NCBI GenBank assembly: GCA_964617735.1
Contig: CAZTXT010000001.1
Span: 532,776 to 596,775, forward strand
DNA: 64,000 bases
Source of the DNA: an uncultured Candidatus Saccharibacteria bacterium
Lineage (GTDB): Bacteria > Patescibacteriota > Minisyncoccia > Phycocordibacterales > DSPV01
Reading direction: 5' to 3'
Positions 37,526 to 46,498 of the stretch are shown piece after piece. How positions within the stretch are numbered: position 1 is the first letter of the stretch; each line of letters opens with the position of its first letter. Below the pieces are notes generated by a model. It worked only from the letters and a program-made list of their open reading frames with translations, was not told the DNA's origin and did not search any database. A program made the translations under genes and the position numbers.

Positions 37526-38389
37526 TTGAGTACCAACGTGTTTAAAAACTATTACGCGCTGACGAAACCCGGCATCATCTACGGCAACCTCATTACCACG
37601 GCGACGGGGTTTTTGCTGGCATCCAAATGGAATGTAAATCTAGCACTACTTATCGCAACACTATCGGGTATCGCTCTCGTGATGGCATCGGGGTGCGTGT
37701 TCAACAACATCATAGACAGAGCCATCGACGCACGAATGGAGCGGACGAAAAGTCGCGGCCTAGTTACGGGAAAGATTTCAAAACAAAATGCGGTTATCTT
37801 CGCTCTCCTCCTTGGAATCGGCGGCCTCTTCATGCTCGGGAAATATACTAATCCCCTCTCGCTTGGCATCACCCTGGTTGGCGTCTTTGTCTATCTTGTT
37901 CTCTACACCATCGGCAAGCGCCGCTCCATGTACGGGCCCCTGATCGGAAGCATCGCGGGTGCAGTCCCGCCCGTGGTCGGCTACACTGCCGTAACCGCTC
38001 ATCTCGAGCTTGCGGCGATGATTCTATTTCTGATGCTCATTCTCTGGCAGATGCCGCATTTCTACGCGATCGCCATCTTCCGTAAGGAAGAATATGCCAT
38101 GGCAGGAATCCCGATACTCCCCATACAAAGAGGCATTCGGAGCACGAAGATCTTGATCGTGCTCTACATAATCGCCTTCGCGATCGTCTCGCTTTCCCTC
38201 ACCCTTTTGGGATCAAGCGGCCGCATCTACTTTTCGGTTGTCCTGGCGCTCAATATCGCATGGCTTTCTCTCTCCCTGTGGGGTTTCCGTGCAGCAGATG
38301 AAAAGCTCTGGGCTCGGAAGATGTTTTTCTTTTCGCTCTTTACCCTCCTTATAACCTTCATAGCGCTCGCGCTCGATGTGACACAATGA
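37526..38389 (+). CDS. cyoE: protoheme IX farnesyltransferase (heme O synthase)
   Basis: UbiA-family motifs (NxxxDxxxD: NNIIDRAIDARMERTKSRG). Confidence 0.85.
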   Translation: MSTNVFKNYYALTKPGIIYGNLITTATGFLLASKWNVNLALLIATLSGIALVMASGCVFNNIIDRAIDARMERTKSRGLVTGKISKQNAVIFALLLGIGGLFMLGKYTNPLSLGITLVGVFVYLVLYTIGKRRSMYGPLIGSIAGAVPPVVGYTAVTAHLELAAMILFLMLILWQMPHFYAIAIFRKEEYAMAGIPILPIQRGIRSTKILIVLYIIAFAIVSLSLTLLGSSGRIYFSVVLALNIAWLSLSLWGFRAADEKLWARKMFFFSLFTLLITFIALALDVTQ

Positions 38390-38436
38390 TAAAGCGCTCG
38401 TTGCTGTGCAGCGAGCGCTTCAGAGAAGCTTATTCC

Positions 38437-38862
38437 CTAGTGCCGGAGAAGAAGAGCTGTCCCCGTGCTGGCCATCCCGATGAAAAGCGCGGTCGATGTG
38501 TATGCGATCGGAGCATGGAAACGGGCATTTTTCTCTCCGGTAAGCCAAAAATAGAGAACGAGGATACCGGAAAAGAATCCCAAAGCAAAGACCAGATGCG
38601 TCACGAAGAGTGGATCGAACCGCGCAATGCCACCAGACATCCGGACCGCGATCTCGATGAGCCCGATAAGACCTGCGGTGATAATGAGCAGAGCCCGCGC
38701 ATAGCGCTTATGGCGCCTGACTGAACCGGGCGTTCTCGCCCGTGCATTTTTGTTGCCGCTGATACCGAGGCAAACAATAAGGATCGAGATGCACCCGAGC
38801 CCAAAAAAAACGGCGATTTTGATCACGATGTTCACGACTTTCCTTTCTGTTGAAGTTCTCAA
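38437..38862 (-). CDS. polytopic membrane protein
   Basis: 141 aa with four predicted TM helices. Confidence 0.35.
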   Translation of the reverse strand: MRTSTERKVVNIVIKIAVFFGLGCISILIVCLGISGNKNARARTPGSVRRHKRYARALLIITAGLIGLIEIAVRMSGGIARFDPLFVTHLVFALGFFSGILVLYFWLTGEKNARFHAPIAYTSTALFIGMASTGTALLLRH

Positions 38863-38955
38863 GAAAGTATATCGTCTCGCGGGAAAGGACGCAAAAAAGC
38901 CTGCGGTAGAGCACCGCAGGCTTTTTGATTTTTTACTGGACGGAAGAATGTGGAT

Positions 38956-39693
38956 CTATTTTCCTCCGTGCACGTGGTTAGGCATCTTATGCCGAAAGCG
39001 CATTCTCGATTCTCGGACGAATTGACCGCGCAGGCGTGGCCAATCCTCTTTCATCACCGCCATACAGATAAGACCGTGGCGCTTACCTTCGATGAGGGCA
39101 TGATTCGGAAGGACCGTTTCTACGCGGAACCCGCACGCAAGATTACAGCTATAATTCGCTGTATTAGTCTCAACCATGAAGGAGGAGATCTTATCCAGGG
39201 CGAGCGTCTCGAACCCGAACCGCAGTATGAGCTGTTTCGCCTCTCGTCCATAGCCCCGACCGCGAAAGCCGGGAGCGATGATGGTACGGATCGTCCCTGT
39301 CAGATGAGAAAAACTCACCCGCAGAACGATGACTCCCACCAAAACCCCGTCTCTCCGCACAATCGAGAATACTATATCCTTGGGAGGACCCAGCTGATCC
39401 TGGGTATCCTTTACTAGAGGATCCATCAGCACAGATCTTGACCCTCCCATGACATTGAGCCATTCTCGATCAGGTTGCGGCAGCGTAGAAAAACGCCTTT
39501 GTAACGTCCGAAGCTCGATCGTCGGAACGATGGGGTCTTCGACGTTCATATTTTGGCGTGTTTCTGTATCGTCGAACCACGCGCCAATACGTTCGATCTC
39601 ATTCCCTTCAGGGGGGCGAATCGCCAGTCGTGGCCCTTTGAGGTGCAATAACGGCGTTTTCCGCAAGATCGAACGTTTGTGTATATCTTTCAA
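38956..39693 (-). CDS. GNAT family N-acetyltransferase (RimJ/RimL-like)
   Basis: Acetyl-CoA-binding motif IAPGFRGRGYGREA within a GNAT fold. Confidence 0.65.
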   Translation of the reverse strand: MKDIHKRSILRKTPLLHLKGPRLAIRPPEGNEIERIGAWFDDTETRQNMNVEDPIVPTIELRTLQRRFSTLPQPDREWLNVMGGSRSVLMDPLVKDTQDQLGPPKDIVFSIVRRDGVLVGVIVLRVSFSHLTGTIRTIIAPGFRGRGYGREAKQLILRFGFETLALDKISSFMVETNTANYSCNLACGFRVETVLPNHALIEGKRHGLICMAVMKEDWPRLRGQFVRESRMRFRHKMPNHVHGGK

Positions 39694-39920
39694 GTGATTT
39701 CACCACCTTTCTAAGTCCATTATAGCAATCGGGTGTATAATGCAAGCGATATACACGCATCTTCATGACTTTTTCATGGAGAAAGCTCTATCATTTTAAG
39801 TGCTCATAAAGATACAGAAGAAAAAGACAATCCCAGCAAGCCTAAAATCGGGGCGTGGGTTTTGTTTTGTGTCTTCCATTCAGCTGCCCGGGCACAGTGC
39901 CCCAGGTCTATGTAAACTCG

Positions 39921-40964
39921 ATGTCCGAGTCTGATTACAAAGAACTCCTTGACGAAGTGCTCGACGGGATCGTCGTCACTAACAGCGCGACTAAAGTGCT
40001 CTATGCCAATGCTGCGGCTGAACAGATATTGAAAGTGTCGCACGATAAACTCGCGCGTATAAACCTCGTCGACCTGGTGCACCCCAACGACCGTTCCAAA
40101 GTCAAAAAATACGCCGAAATCCTCAAAACGAAAAAGAGCATGGTCACGGTACGCAAGCTCATGCGCGGGGATGGCAAGTATATCTATATCGAACGCCGTA
40201 CCCGTCTTCTCCCCGACGGGTACCAACTCTCTGTATTCCGCGACATAACGGAACAAAAAGAATTCGAGCAACGGCGGGATATGTTCGTCTCGATCGCCAG
40301 TCACGAGCTACGCGACCCGCTTTCAAGCATCAAACTCTACACCAACCTTCTCTTGCAAATCTCACGGCACTGGCCCAATGCGACCGAGGCCGCAGATATA
40401 TTCGCAAAGATACAAAACCAGATCGACCGGCAGGCCATGCTCATCGAAGACCTGTTGAGCCTCTCGCGGATACAAACGGGTAAGCTCGCATTCCGCATGG
40501 ATTGGTTTAATCTCAAAAAACTCGTCGATGAAGCAGTCTTCCATATTCACTCGATAACCAAGCGGGTGTACAACGTCTCCGCCAAGGGGAACCCGCAGAC
40601 CCTGGTATTCGGCGATAAGAACCGTATCTATCAGGTGCTTATCAATCTGCTCTCGAATGCCGCGAAATATTCTTCCCCGCCGGATGAGATCCAGATTGCT
40701 GTGGAGGATCTTAAAGATTCACAGCGGGTGAGCGTGAAAGATAGCGGCGTGGGCATACGGAAAGAAGATATGGGTCGCATCTTCGAGCGGTATTATCGGG
40801 TCAACGAGGAGACGACTCCCGGCTTGGGCATTGGACTATTCCTTTCGCGCGAGATCATCGAACGACATGCCGGGACGCTCAACGTCAAAAGCACGCCGGG
40901 TGCCGGCTCGACATTCACCTTCACGGTCTCAAAGCAAGCTCAAGAGGAAATCTCCGAAAGCTAA
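39921..40964 (+). CDS. PAS-domain sensor histidine kinase (cytoplasmic, orphan)
   Basis: PAS domain, H-box HELRDPL and an HATPase domain. No adjacent response regulator. Confidence 0.8.
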   Translation: MSESDYKELLDEVLDGIVVTNSATKVLYANAAAEQILKVSHDKLARINLVDLVHPNDRSKVKKYAEILKTKKSMVTVRKLMRGDGKYIYIERRTRLLPDGYQLSVFRDITEQKEFEQRRDMFVSIASHELRDPLSSIKLYTNLLLQISRHWPNATEAADIFAKIQNQIDRQAMLIEDLLSLSRIQTGKLAFRMDWFNLKKLVDEAVFHIHSITKRVYNVSAKGNPQTLVFGDKNRIYQVLINLLSNAAKYSSPPDEIQIAVEDLKDSQRVSVKDSGVGIRKEDMGRIFERYYRVNEETTPGLGIGLFLSREIIERHAGTLNVKSTPGAGSTFTFTVSKQAQEEISES

Positions 40965-40977
40965 TTATGTAGCAGGG

Positions 40978-41433
40978 TTATTTCCCGTCGAACGCCTTTT
41001 TGAGCCCTGCGATATCGATCTTCTCCATAGCAAGCATCGCCTGCATGGCGCGATTCGCTTTTTCTCGATCGTCATCGCCGAGCATATCGCCGAGGGCGGC
41101 GGGAATTATCTGCCACGAGAGGCCATATTTATCCTTCAGCCATCCGCACTGCTGCGTCTTCCCTCCCACAGAGAGCTTTTCCCAGAAATAATCTACTTCT
41201 TTTTGGTCCTTGCAATCCACAAAGAGTGATATGGCTTCGGTGAACTTGAATTGAGGACCGCCATTGATGGCCTTGAATTCCTGCCCTTCCAATTCGAACG
41301 AAACGCCCATCGCATTGCCGTCCGGTCCGGGCATGACGGAGAGTATCTTGGAATTCTTAAAAATAGAGGTGTAGAACTTCGCCGCCGCTTCCGCCTCCGT
41401 ATTGAACCAAAGAAATGGAGTTACTTTTTGCAT
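40978..41433 (-). CDS. VOC-family (PhnB/3-demethylubiquinone-9 methyltransferase-like) protein
   Basis: MQKVTPFLWF...SWQIIP pattern of the PhnB-like glyoxalase fold. Confidence 0.6.
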   Translation of the reverse strand: MQKVTPFLWFNTEAEAAAKFYTSIFKNSKILSVMPGPDGNAMGVSFELEGQEFKAINGGPQFKFTEAISLFVDCKDQKEVDYFWEKLSVGGKTQQCGWLKDKYGLSWQIIPAALGDMLGDDDREKANRAMQAMLAMEKIDIAGLKKAFDGK

Positions 41434-41452
41434 AGGATTAGATTATGGTGGA

Positions 41453-41863
41453 TTACATCGCTTTGGGCTGAAGGATGCTCGCTACATTGCCTTCAGTGTC
41501 GATAAAAGTCGCGTACAAGCCTATGCCAGGGATCTCGTCCGGTTCTCCCGGCTTTTGCATGCCGCCGATCACCGTACCACCCGCTACTGCTATCTTTTTC
41601 ATGGCTTTTTGAATGTCACCAACGGCGATAGTGAGCCGCGTCGCCTGATCCGGTTTTGATTTCTCGTAAAAACCGCCATTGATCGCGCCGGGGTTCTTTA
41701 TCATCCTTTGCTCATCGGTCTCGGTTGTGGTCGCCAAAACGTAATTGCCCATTTCCGGTCCCAATTGTTTGGTTTCCCAGCCAAAAACATTTTGATAAAA
41801 ACTTACCATCCGATTTTTGTCCTCGTAGGGCATTTCAAAGTGAACTACTGAATTCATGCTCAT
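41453..41863 (-). CDS. VOC-family glyoxalase/bleomycin-resistance fold protein
   Basis: HFEMPYED...FGW glyoxalase-like N-terminus. Confidence 0.55.
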   Translation of the reverse strand: MSMNSVVHFEMPYEDKNRMVSFYQNVFGWETKQLGPEMGNYVLATTTETDEQRMIKNPGAINGGFYEKSKPDQATRLTIAVGDIQKAMKKIAVAGGTVIGGMQKPGEPDEIPGIGLYATFIDTEGNVASILQPKAM

Positions 41864-41987
41864 GATATTGATTATTTTATATAACTCGATCTTACTTAGA
41901 ATAGCTGAGTTGATCATGAAGAACAACTACGTTTTGCTGAAAGTAAGGAGCCAGTTTTATTTCAAGTGTCCAGAGTTTGCGAGATAT

Positions 41988-42323
41988 TTAAGCTAGTCCA
42001 GACTCAACTTCAGCGTGACAATTCTTACATAAAAGAATACATTTTCTCGCCTCATCTTCTAGACTTTTCCATGAATAGCTCAAGCCCTTAACGCTAAGAG
42101 AAAAGGTCTTTGAACTCCGTTTGGTGTGATGGAAATCAAGCGCTCCGGCATACTTACTATATCCGCAACGCGAACACTTACCCCCGAATAGACTTACCAA
42201 CTTCTCCTTTTTTCTCCTGCGATTCTCAATAACCCAAATTGATGCGCATTTATTGCATCGAATTCCACCATCCGTGCGTCTGAAATGTGGAGTGAGACCG
42301 TGGATTTTGCACACTCTCATCAT
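41988..42323 (-). CDS. small HNH endonuclease
   Basis: Cys4 zinc knuckle plus an HNH core (CSRCG...DFHH...NCHAE). Start could be the ATG at 42323/42320 or the GTG at 42338. Confidence 0.7.
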   Translation of the reverse strand: MMRVCKIHGLTPHFRRTDGGIRCNKCASIWVIENRRRKKEKLVSLFGGKCSRCGYSKYAGALDFHHTKRSSKTFSLSVKGLSYSWKSLEDEARKCILLCKNCHAEVESGLA

Positions 42324-42329
42324 GAATAA

Positions 42330-42350
42330 GTATAACACCTCGTGTTATAC
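42330..42350. promoter_or_regulatory. perfect 9-bp inverted repeat GTATAACAC-CTC-GTGTTATAC at HNH gene start
   Basis: Palindrome located 7 nt upstream of the HNH ATG. A candidate operator or RBS-sequestering hairpin. Confidence 0.4.
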
Positions 42351-42697
42351 CGGCCAACTCTTGTATGAATCAAATTCAGTTACATTAACTATATCAACTG
42401 AGCTCCCCGGATACACCTTACTTCGAACTTTCCATACCGGAAATGCAGATCGCAGCAACAGAAATCTACAACTTCTTTAAAAGCCTTCCCCGCCCCGACA
42501 CCGAGTATTTCTTTTTGCGTCGTAACTGAGCATACTCCCGGCTCAACCTGAGAAGAAGGAGGGTAACCTTGTCGTCGGAGGTAGAAGAAAACTTTCTGCG
42601 GTTAAAAATGCGAGACCTTGACCATATGCATTAGGCATGCTAATGTCCAGCGCGGCTCGGGGAATTCACCCCACCAGTTCAAAAGGAGAACATCCGC

Positions 42698-42982
42698 ATG
42701 AAATTCCAACTGATGGGTCTGGTTCAGTTCAATGAATCGGGCCCGCCCTCTGAACGAATGGAAGTTCGTACTATAAATGAAGTATTCCGGGTTCGTCCTT
42801 CCCCAAAGGCCCAACTCATGGGAGCCCGGAGGGCTCACAAAATCCTGCAGGAGTATCACCGGCGTTTTCATAAAAAACGCAATTACAGTCTCCACGCGCA
42901 GTTCTTCAGACTGAATCTGTACGCCACAGCCAGATCAGAAATGAGGAGCGGCAAGTCGTGCCTAGATTGGTTGAGCTCATAA
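42698..42982 (+). CDS. small basic protein (94 aa), unknown function
   Basis: AAAGGAGAA Shine-Dalgarno 7 nt before the ATG, and an intrinsic terminator right after the stop. Confidence 0.4.
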   Translation: MKFQLMGLVQFNESGPPSERMEVRTINEVFRVRPSPKAQLMGARRAHKILQEYHRRFHKKRNYSLHAQFFRLNLYATARSEMRSGKSCLDWLSS

Positions 42983-42994
42983 GCAACCAACCCA

Positions 42995-43030
42995 AGCTCC
43001 CGGCAATTGCATGCCGGGAGCTTTTTTATT
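42995..43030 (+). terminator. rho-independent terminator
   Basis: AGCTCCCGGCA-ATTGCA-TGCCGGGAGCT followed by TTTTTTATTT. Confidence 0.7.
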
Positions 43031-43167
43031 TCCGACATTGCTAACCCCAGACCAGGGTGTTACTGGCCGATAAACGCCTTTTGGCAAGCTTTGGCTCAAA
43101 CCCACAGCATGAAGCCGAAGAGTGTAAACGCGGTTGCAAAAACTTCTCAATTGCTTACTATCAAACA

Positions 43168-43788
43168 ATGTGGCGAAAATACCAGAAGCTCATTCTGTTT
43201 GGAATTGCTCTCGCGGTTTGCATTTTCTTAGTCATTCGCCTCACCATATTTTTTGCACCTCCAATTCCAGAACCACTCAAGGACACGACCGCGGCCAAAA
43301 TCGATACTGCTGACTGGCAGACCTGTCGTAACGAGAAGGCAGGCTACGAGTTCCGTTACCCGAAAGATTGGTTCGTATACGGAGAAGGAGCACAGTCAAC
43401 CGGAGACTTTAGTCTTATCGCCACGACAACATGTACTGGCTTCTACGTTTGGGTACTCGATCAACCTCCTCCCATATCTGAATTTCCGACTGTAGGCGTT
43501 AACATTGCAGATGAGAGCGAAGAATATGTCCATTCCCTTCACAACGTTCCCGGGGGTCCAGGAGTCACTAACGAGAGTATACTTAAAGCCTACGCTAGAA
43601 CTACCGCCGGAGCTAGAAGCGGCAGTTGGGTGACCATCGACCATAGCCGGTTTCTCGCGTATCCTGCTCGAGGATCAACCGAGTACTCTACGATTCTCGC
43701 CGGTAGGCTCTACTCGATTTTCCCGTTTCCCGAGTTGGACCCGCAGCTATTCAAGGCGATTCTTTCCACTTTCAAGTTCTTGCGATGA
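43168..43788 (+). CDS. membrane-anchored hypothetical protein
   Basis: N-terminal TM helix followed by a roughly 170-aa extracytoplasmic domain. Confidence 0.4.
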   Translation: MWRKYQKLILFGIALAVCIFLVIRLTIFFAPPIPEPLKDTTAAKIDTADWQTCRNEKAGYEFRYPKDWFVYGEGAQSTGDFSLIATTTCTGFYVWVLDQPPPISEFPTVGVNIADESEEYVHSLHNVPGGPGVTNESILKAYARTTAGARSGSWVTIDHSRFLAYPARGSTEYSTILAGRLYSIFPFPELDPQLFKAILSTFKFLR

Positions 43789-43798
43789 TCTCTAATTG

Positions 43799-44053
43799 CT
43801 ATCGGACGCTACGCCAGAGTGGCTGGTTATCTTGGCCGTCCACGGGTGATGGGTCCGCTCCCTGCGGGCCCAGCCACCCATACGGATCGACTCGTTGATT
43901 TCCCTTTTTCACCGTAAAGTGTAGATGATAGTTTACACCCTCAGGACTATTGTAGTAATTCCCACAGTAACCAAGGTGCTGACCTTGCGTAACTGTTGAG
44001 CCATTAGTCAGCCAAAGACGTCCGCAGACCGGATAGTTAGTGTTCTGCCCAGA
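43799..44053 (-). pseudogene. remnant of peptidase M23 C-terminal domain
   Basis: Minus-strand frame reads ...LTNGSTVTQGQHLGYCGNYYNSPEGVNYHLHFTVKKGNQRVDPYGWLG..., matching the M23 GxxVxxGQxIGxxGxTG...HLHFEV...VDP pattern. Has no start codon and begins right after a stop. Confidence 0.5.
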
Positions 44054-44246
44054 CTATCAGCCCAAGCATATCTCCACTTTTTAGTCAGGCTGTAATACTC
44101 TTGACATAGATTATAGGCGTGATATAATCAATAAAGATGGAGGGCATTGTACTAAGTAGAGAAACCTCGGTTGGCAGACAGAACGCCACGTGCATGGTGT
44201 ACGCGGAGTTCTGCACTGCCAATCAGCCAACGAAAGGAATTCAACT

Positions 44247-44687
44247 ATGCTTAGTTCCCAATCATTAGCGCTACTGACCCCGAACTCAAATGACAGTCAG
44301 GGAGAAGTTGCGTGGAAGCGCCTCTTCTTACTCACGCTCCCTCGTTTGTCGCTGGACGAACGGCGTCAATTTGGTGAGCTCGTCTCCTCTGTCTGCAGGG
44401 AAGAAGCCCGCCGTCAGTTGGAGAGTCATGTGAGTTTTTCGCATGTAAGTAAGATTTGCGAACTTCACCATCAGCAGCAACAGGCCTGTTGCCGATTCAT
44501 CAAGGATCTGCTGCGAAACGGTATGCGGCGCCACCCCGAGTTCTTCAGGTCTTACCAAGAAACCTTCCAACGGCTTTGCGCCGAGGTTTACGTTGAGCCG
44601 CCATCCGAACAGGAGATAGGTGACGAAGCTGTTAAGGAATTCGAACGGCTCTGCGGTGGGTCACCGTCGCACACAATGAGGTCATAA
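44247..44687 (+). CDS. hypothetical protein
   Basis: Roughly 146 aa with no motif recognised. Followed by a terminator. Confidence 0.35.
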   Translation: MLSSQSLALLTPNSNDSQGEVAWKRLFLLTLPRLSLDERRQFGELVSSVCREEARRQLESHVSFSHVSKICELHHQQQQACCRFIKDLLRNGMRRHPEFFRSYQETFQRLCAEVYVEPPSEQEIGDEAVKEFERLCGGSPSHTMRS

Positions 44688-44723
44688 GTGCGGGTCGAAG
44701 TTTTTGGGTCAGTCGCGCGACAA

Positions 44724-44750
44724 GGGGTGCCCACGGGCACCCCTTTTTTC
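44724..44750 (+). terminator. rho-independent terminator
   Basis: GGGGTGCC-CACG-GGCACCCC followed by TTTTTT. Confidence 0.7.
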
Positions 44751-44832
44751 TATGTTAGGCAAGTATCGGCCCGTCAAGGCGAGGAAGAGCTTGCAGTAAG
44801 TGGCTGGGTGAAGAATGAATTGGCTCGCCCAG

Positions 44833-45372
44833 CTATAATGTCTTACAGTTTTGCTGTTCACCTCCAAGCGTCGGGGATATCTCATCCAGAAAATTGTACG
44901 AATTGTCGTCAGAAAATCCTAGCGACCTGAGTCGAGCTCGATACCCCTGAATTTCTTTATTTTGATACGTGATACAAAGATAATACGCAAATTGAGCATC
45001 AAAAAGCCCATACGAAACCATGCCAGCCCTGCTCATTGTCCAAATATCAGAGAGGAGGTTGAGGTAGTCATCGATTACATAATCGTCGAACCTTCCTCCA
45101 TTGGCAATTAGTAACGTGCCCCTGTCGTATAGATACTGTTCCTCGATTGCCTTACTTACCTCCCGATACTTAGGATTATCGAAAAACGTGCGATCGTAGT
45201 CATAAATAAACTGACGTTGAGCAACACGTTGATCAATGAGCTTGCCCGCATAAAACGAGAACGCGGTGCTAATAACGCTCGATATCAGAATGGAAATTAA
45301 GATTTCTCGAGCAATAGATGCCCGCTCATGTGACCAATACCTCTCGAACTGCTTCAAAAACATAGTCTCCAA
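44833..45372 (-). CDS. hypothetical membrane protein in AT-rich patch
   Basis: N-terminal TM helix plus a soluble domain. Local base composition is visibly more AT-rich than surrounding genes. Confidence 0.4.
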   Translation of the reverse strand: METMFLKQFERYWSHERASIAREILISILISSVISTAFSFYAGKLIDQRVAQRQFIYDYDRTFFDNPKYREVSKAIEEQYLYDRGTLLIANGGRFDDYVIDDYLNLLSDIWTMSRAGMVSYGLFDAQFAYYLCITYQNKEIQGYRARLRSLGFSDDNSYNFLDEISPTLGGEQQNCKTL

Positions 45373-45506
45373 AAGAGTGCTTACTTTCCAACGCGCTGGA
45401 GAGTTTTCATCCTGCCATCATCACCTTAATGACATAATGTTGCCTATATCTAGCCCTAGTAATCCACAGGGCCTTGCTTTATGGAGGCAATTCGGCTAGA
45501 ATTTAC

Positions 45507-46112
45507 TTACGTTACCTCGCCGGGCTTTGCGCCCGGTTTTTCCGTTTTTGGATCGACCCTTTGTGGAGAGCGCTCGATTTCGGACCTAATCGAATCCAGA
45601 CTGACAAACCATGAAGCTGTCCGGATTTCCCAGGCACAATTGTTCTCGTAAGCCAGAAACTTTATATGCTTCTGCCTCTTTAGTACGTTGTCTTTAGTTC
45701 GAATGAAATCGCTGTCGCCACTCACAAGATAAACGATATCGATATCTTCAAGATCAGCCATTATCTCGTCATGCATCTCAACATCAAAGTTGCACTTATT
45801 TCGGAACCCTAACGGCGATGAGGGGTCCCGGAGCCTCTTTAAATCTTTAGCGGTAACTGTATATCCTATTCTTTTAAAGTACTTTTCCAGAGCTTCACTG
45901 ATGGTTTTGGCAGGTTCATATCGGGGTCTACCCTTGTATATTCGTGCATGGACAATGGTATTTAGCTGAGCGACCCATTTGTAGAGCTTTTTGTAATCGG
46001 TCATCCATCCCGTCGCCTTACCCCGCTTGTACAAATTAGCGTCATCAACATACAGGCCTACTTTAGGCTTTGCTGGAAGTTTTATGGGGAGTGGTTGCTC
46101 CGAAGCGGACAC
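45507..46112 (-). CDS. NYN-domain (LabA/PIN-like) protein
   Basis: VGLYVDDANLY...DIDIVYLVSGDSDF matches the NYN/LabA nuclease-fold signature. Confidence 0.6.
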   Translation of the reverse strand: MSASEQPLPIKLPAKPKVGLYVDDANLYKRGKATGWMTDYKKLYKWVAQLNTIVHARIYKGRPRYEPAKTISEALEKYFKRIGYTVTAKDLKRLRDPSSPLGFRNKCNFDVEMHDEIMADLEDIDIVYLVSGDSDFIRTKDNVLKRQKHIKFLAYENNCAWEIRTASWFVSLDSIRSEIERSPQRVDPKTEKPGAKPGEVT

Positions 46113-46243
46113 ACCTCAAGTTTAACATATAGCTAATAGAGAGCACCAAGGGACAGCTGGCAAGCCTTTGCCTCACCCGGCAAATTGTCCCGTCTTTTGC
46201 GCTTTTGCGCTCCGACTACACTAACCAATTAGGAAAGTGACTT

Positions 46244-46432
46244 ATGAGCCGCAGCGCTTTCCTGTCGGACTCGTCCTCCGGCCGCGGACATGCTACTCCC
46301 TTGTACCCCGAACCAAAGCACGTGCTGGCCGAGCGAATCAGTCAACGGTTACGACTGATTTCCGATCAGCTTACGTCTCTTGAAGAGATCCTCCTCGACA
46401 TCGAGGATATGTTGGATCCCTTCATGAGATAG
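46244..46432 (+). CDS. small acidic hypothetical protein (62 aa)
   Basis: AGGAAAG about 7 nt before the ATG. No motif recognised. Confidence 0.25.
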   Translation: MSRSAFLSDSSSGRGHATPLYPEPKHVLAERISQRLRLISDQLTSLEEILLDIEDMLDPFMR

Positions 46433-46498
46433 TTCTATGGTTCGATTATCCTGCTCCTGGTCAGCAGAACTCGTTGTTACTATGGTATATCCTCTGAA

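Noticed and set aside
42602-42895. Minus-strand 97-aa ORF in the HNH-adjacent region
   Set aside because: The overlapping plus-strand ORF (42698-42982) has a strong Shine-Dalgarno sequence and is immediately followed by an intrinsic terminator. The minus-strand ORF has neither. The plus-strand ORF is preferred.
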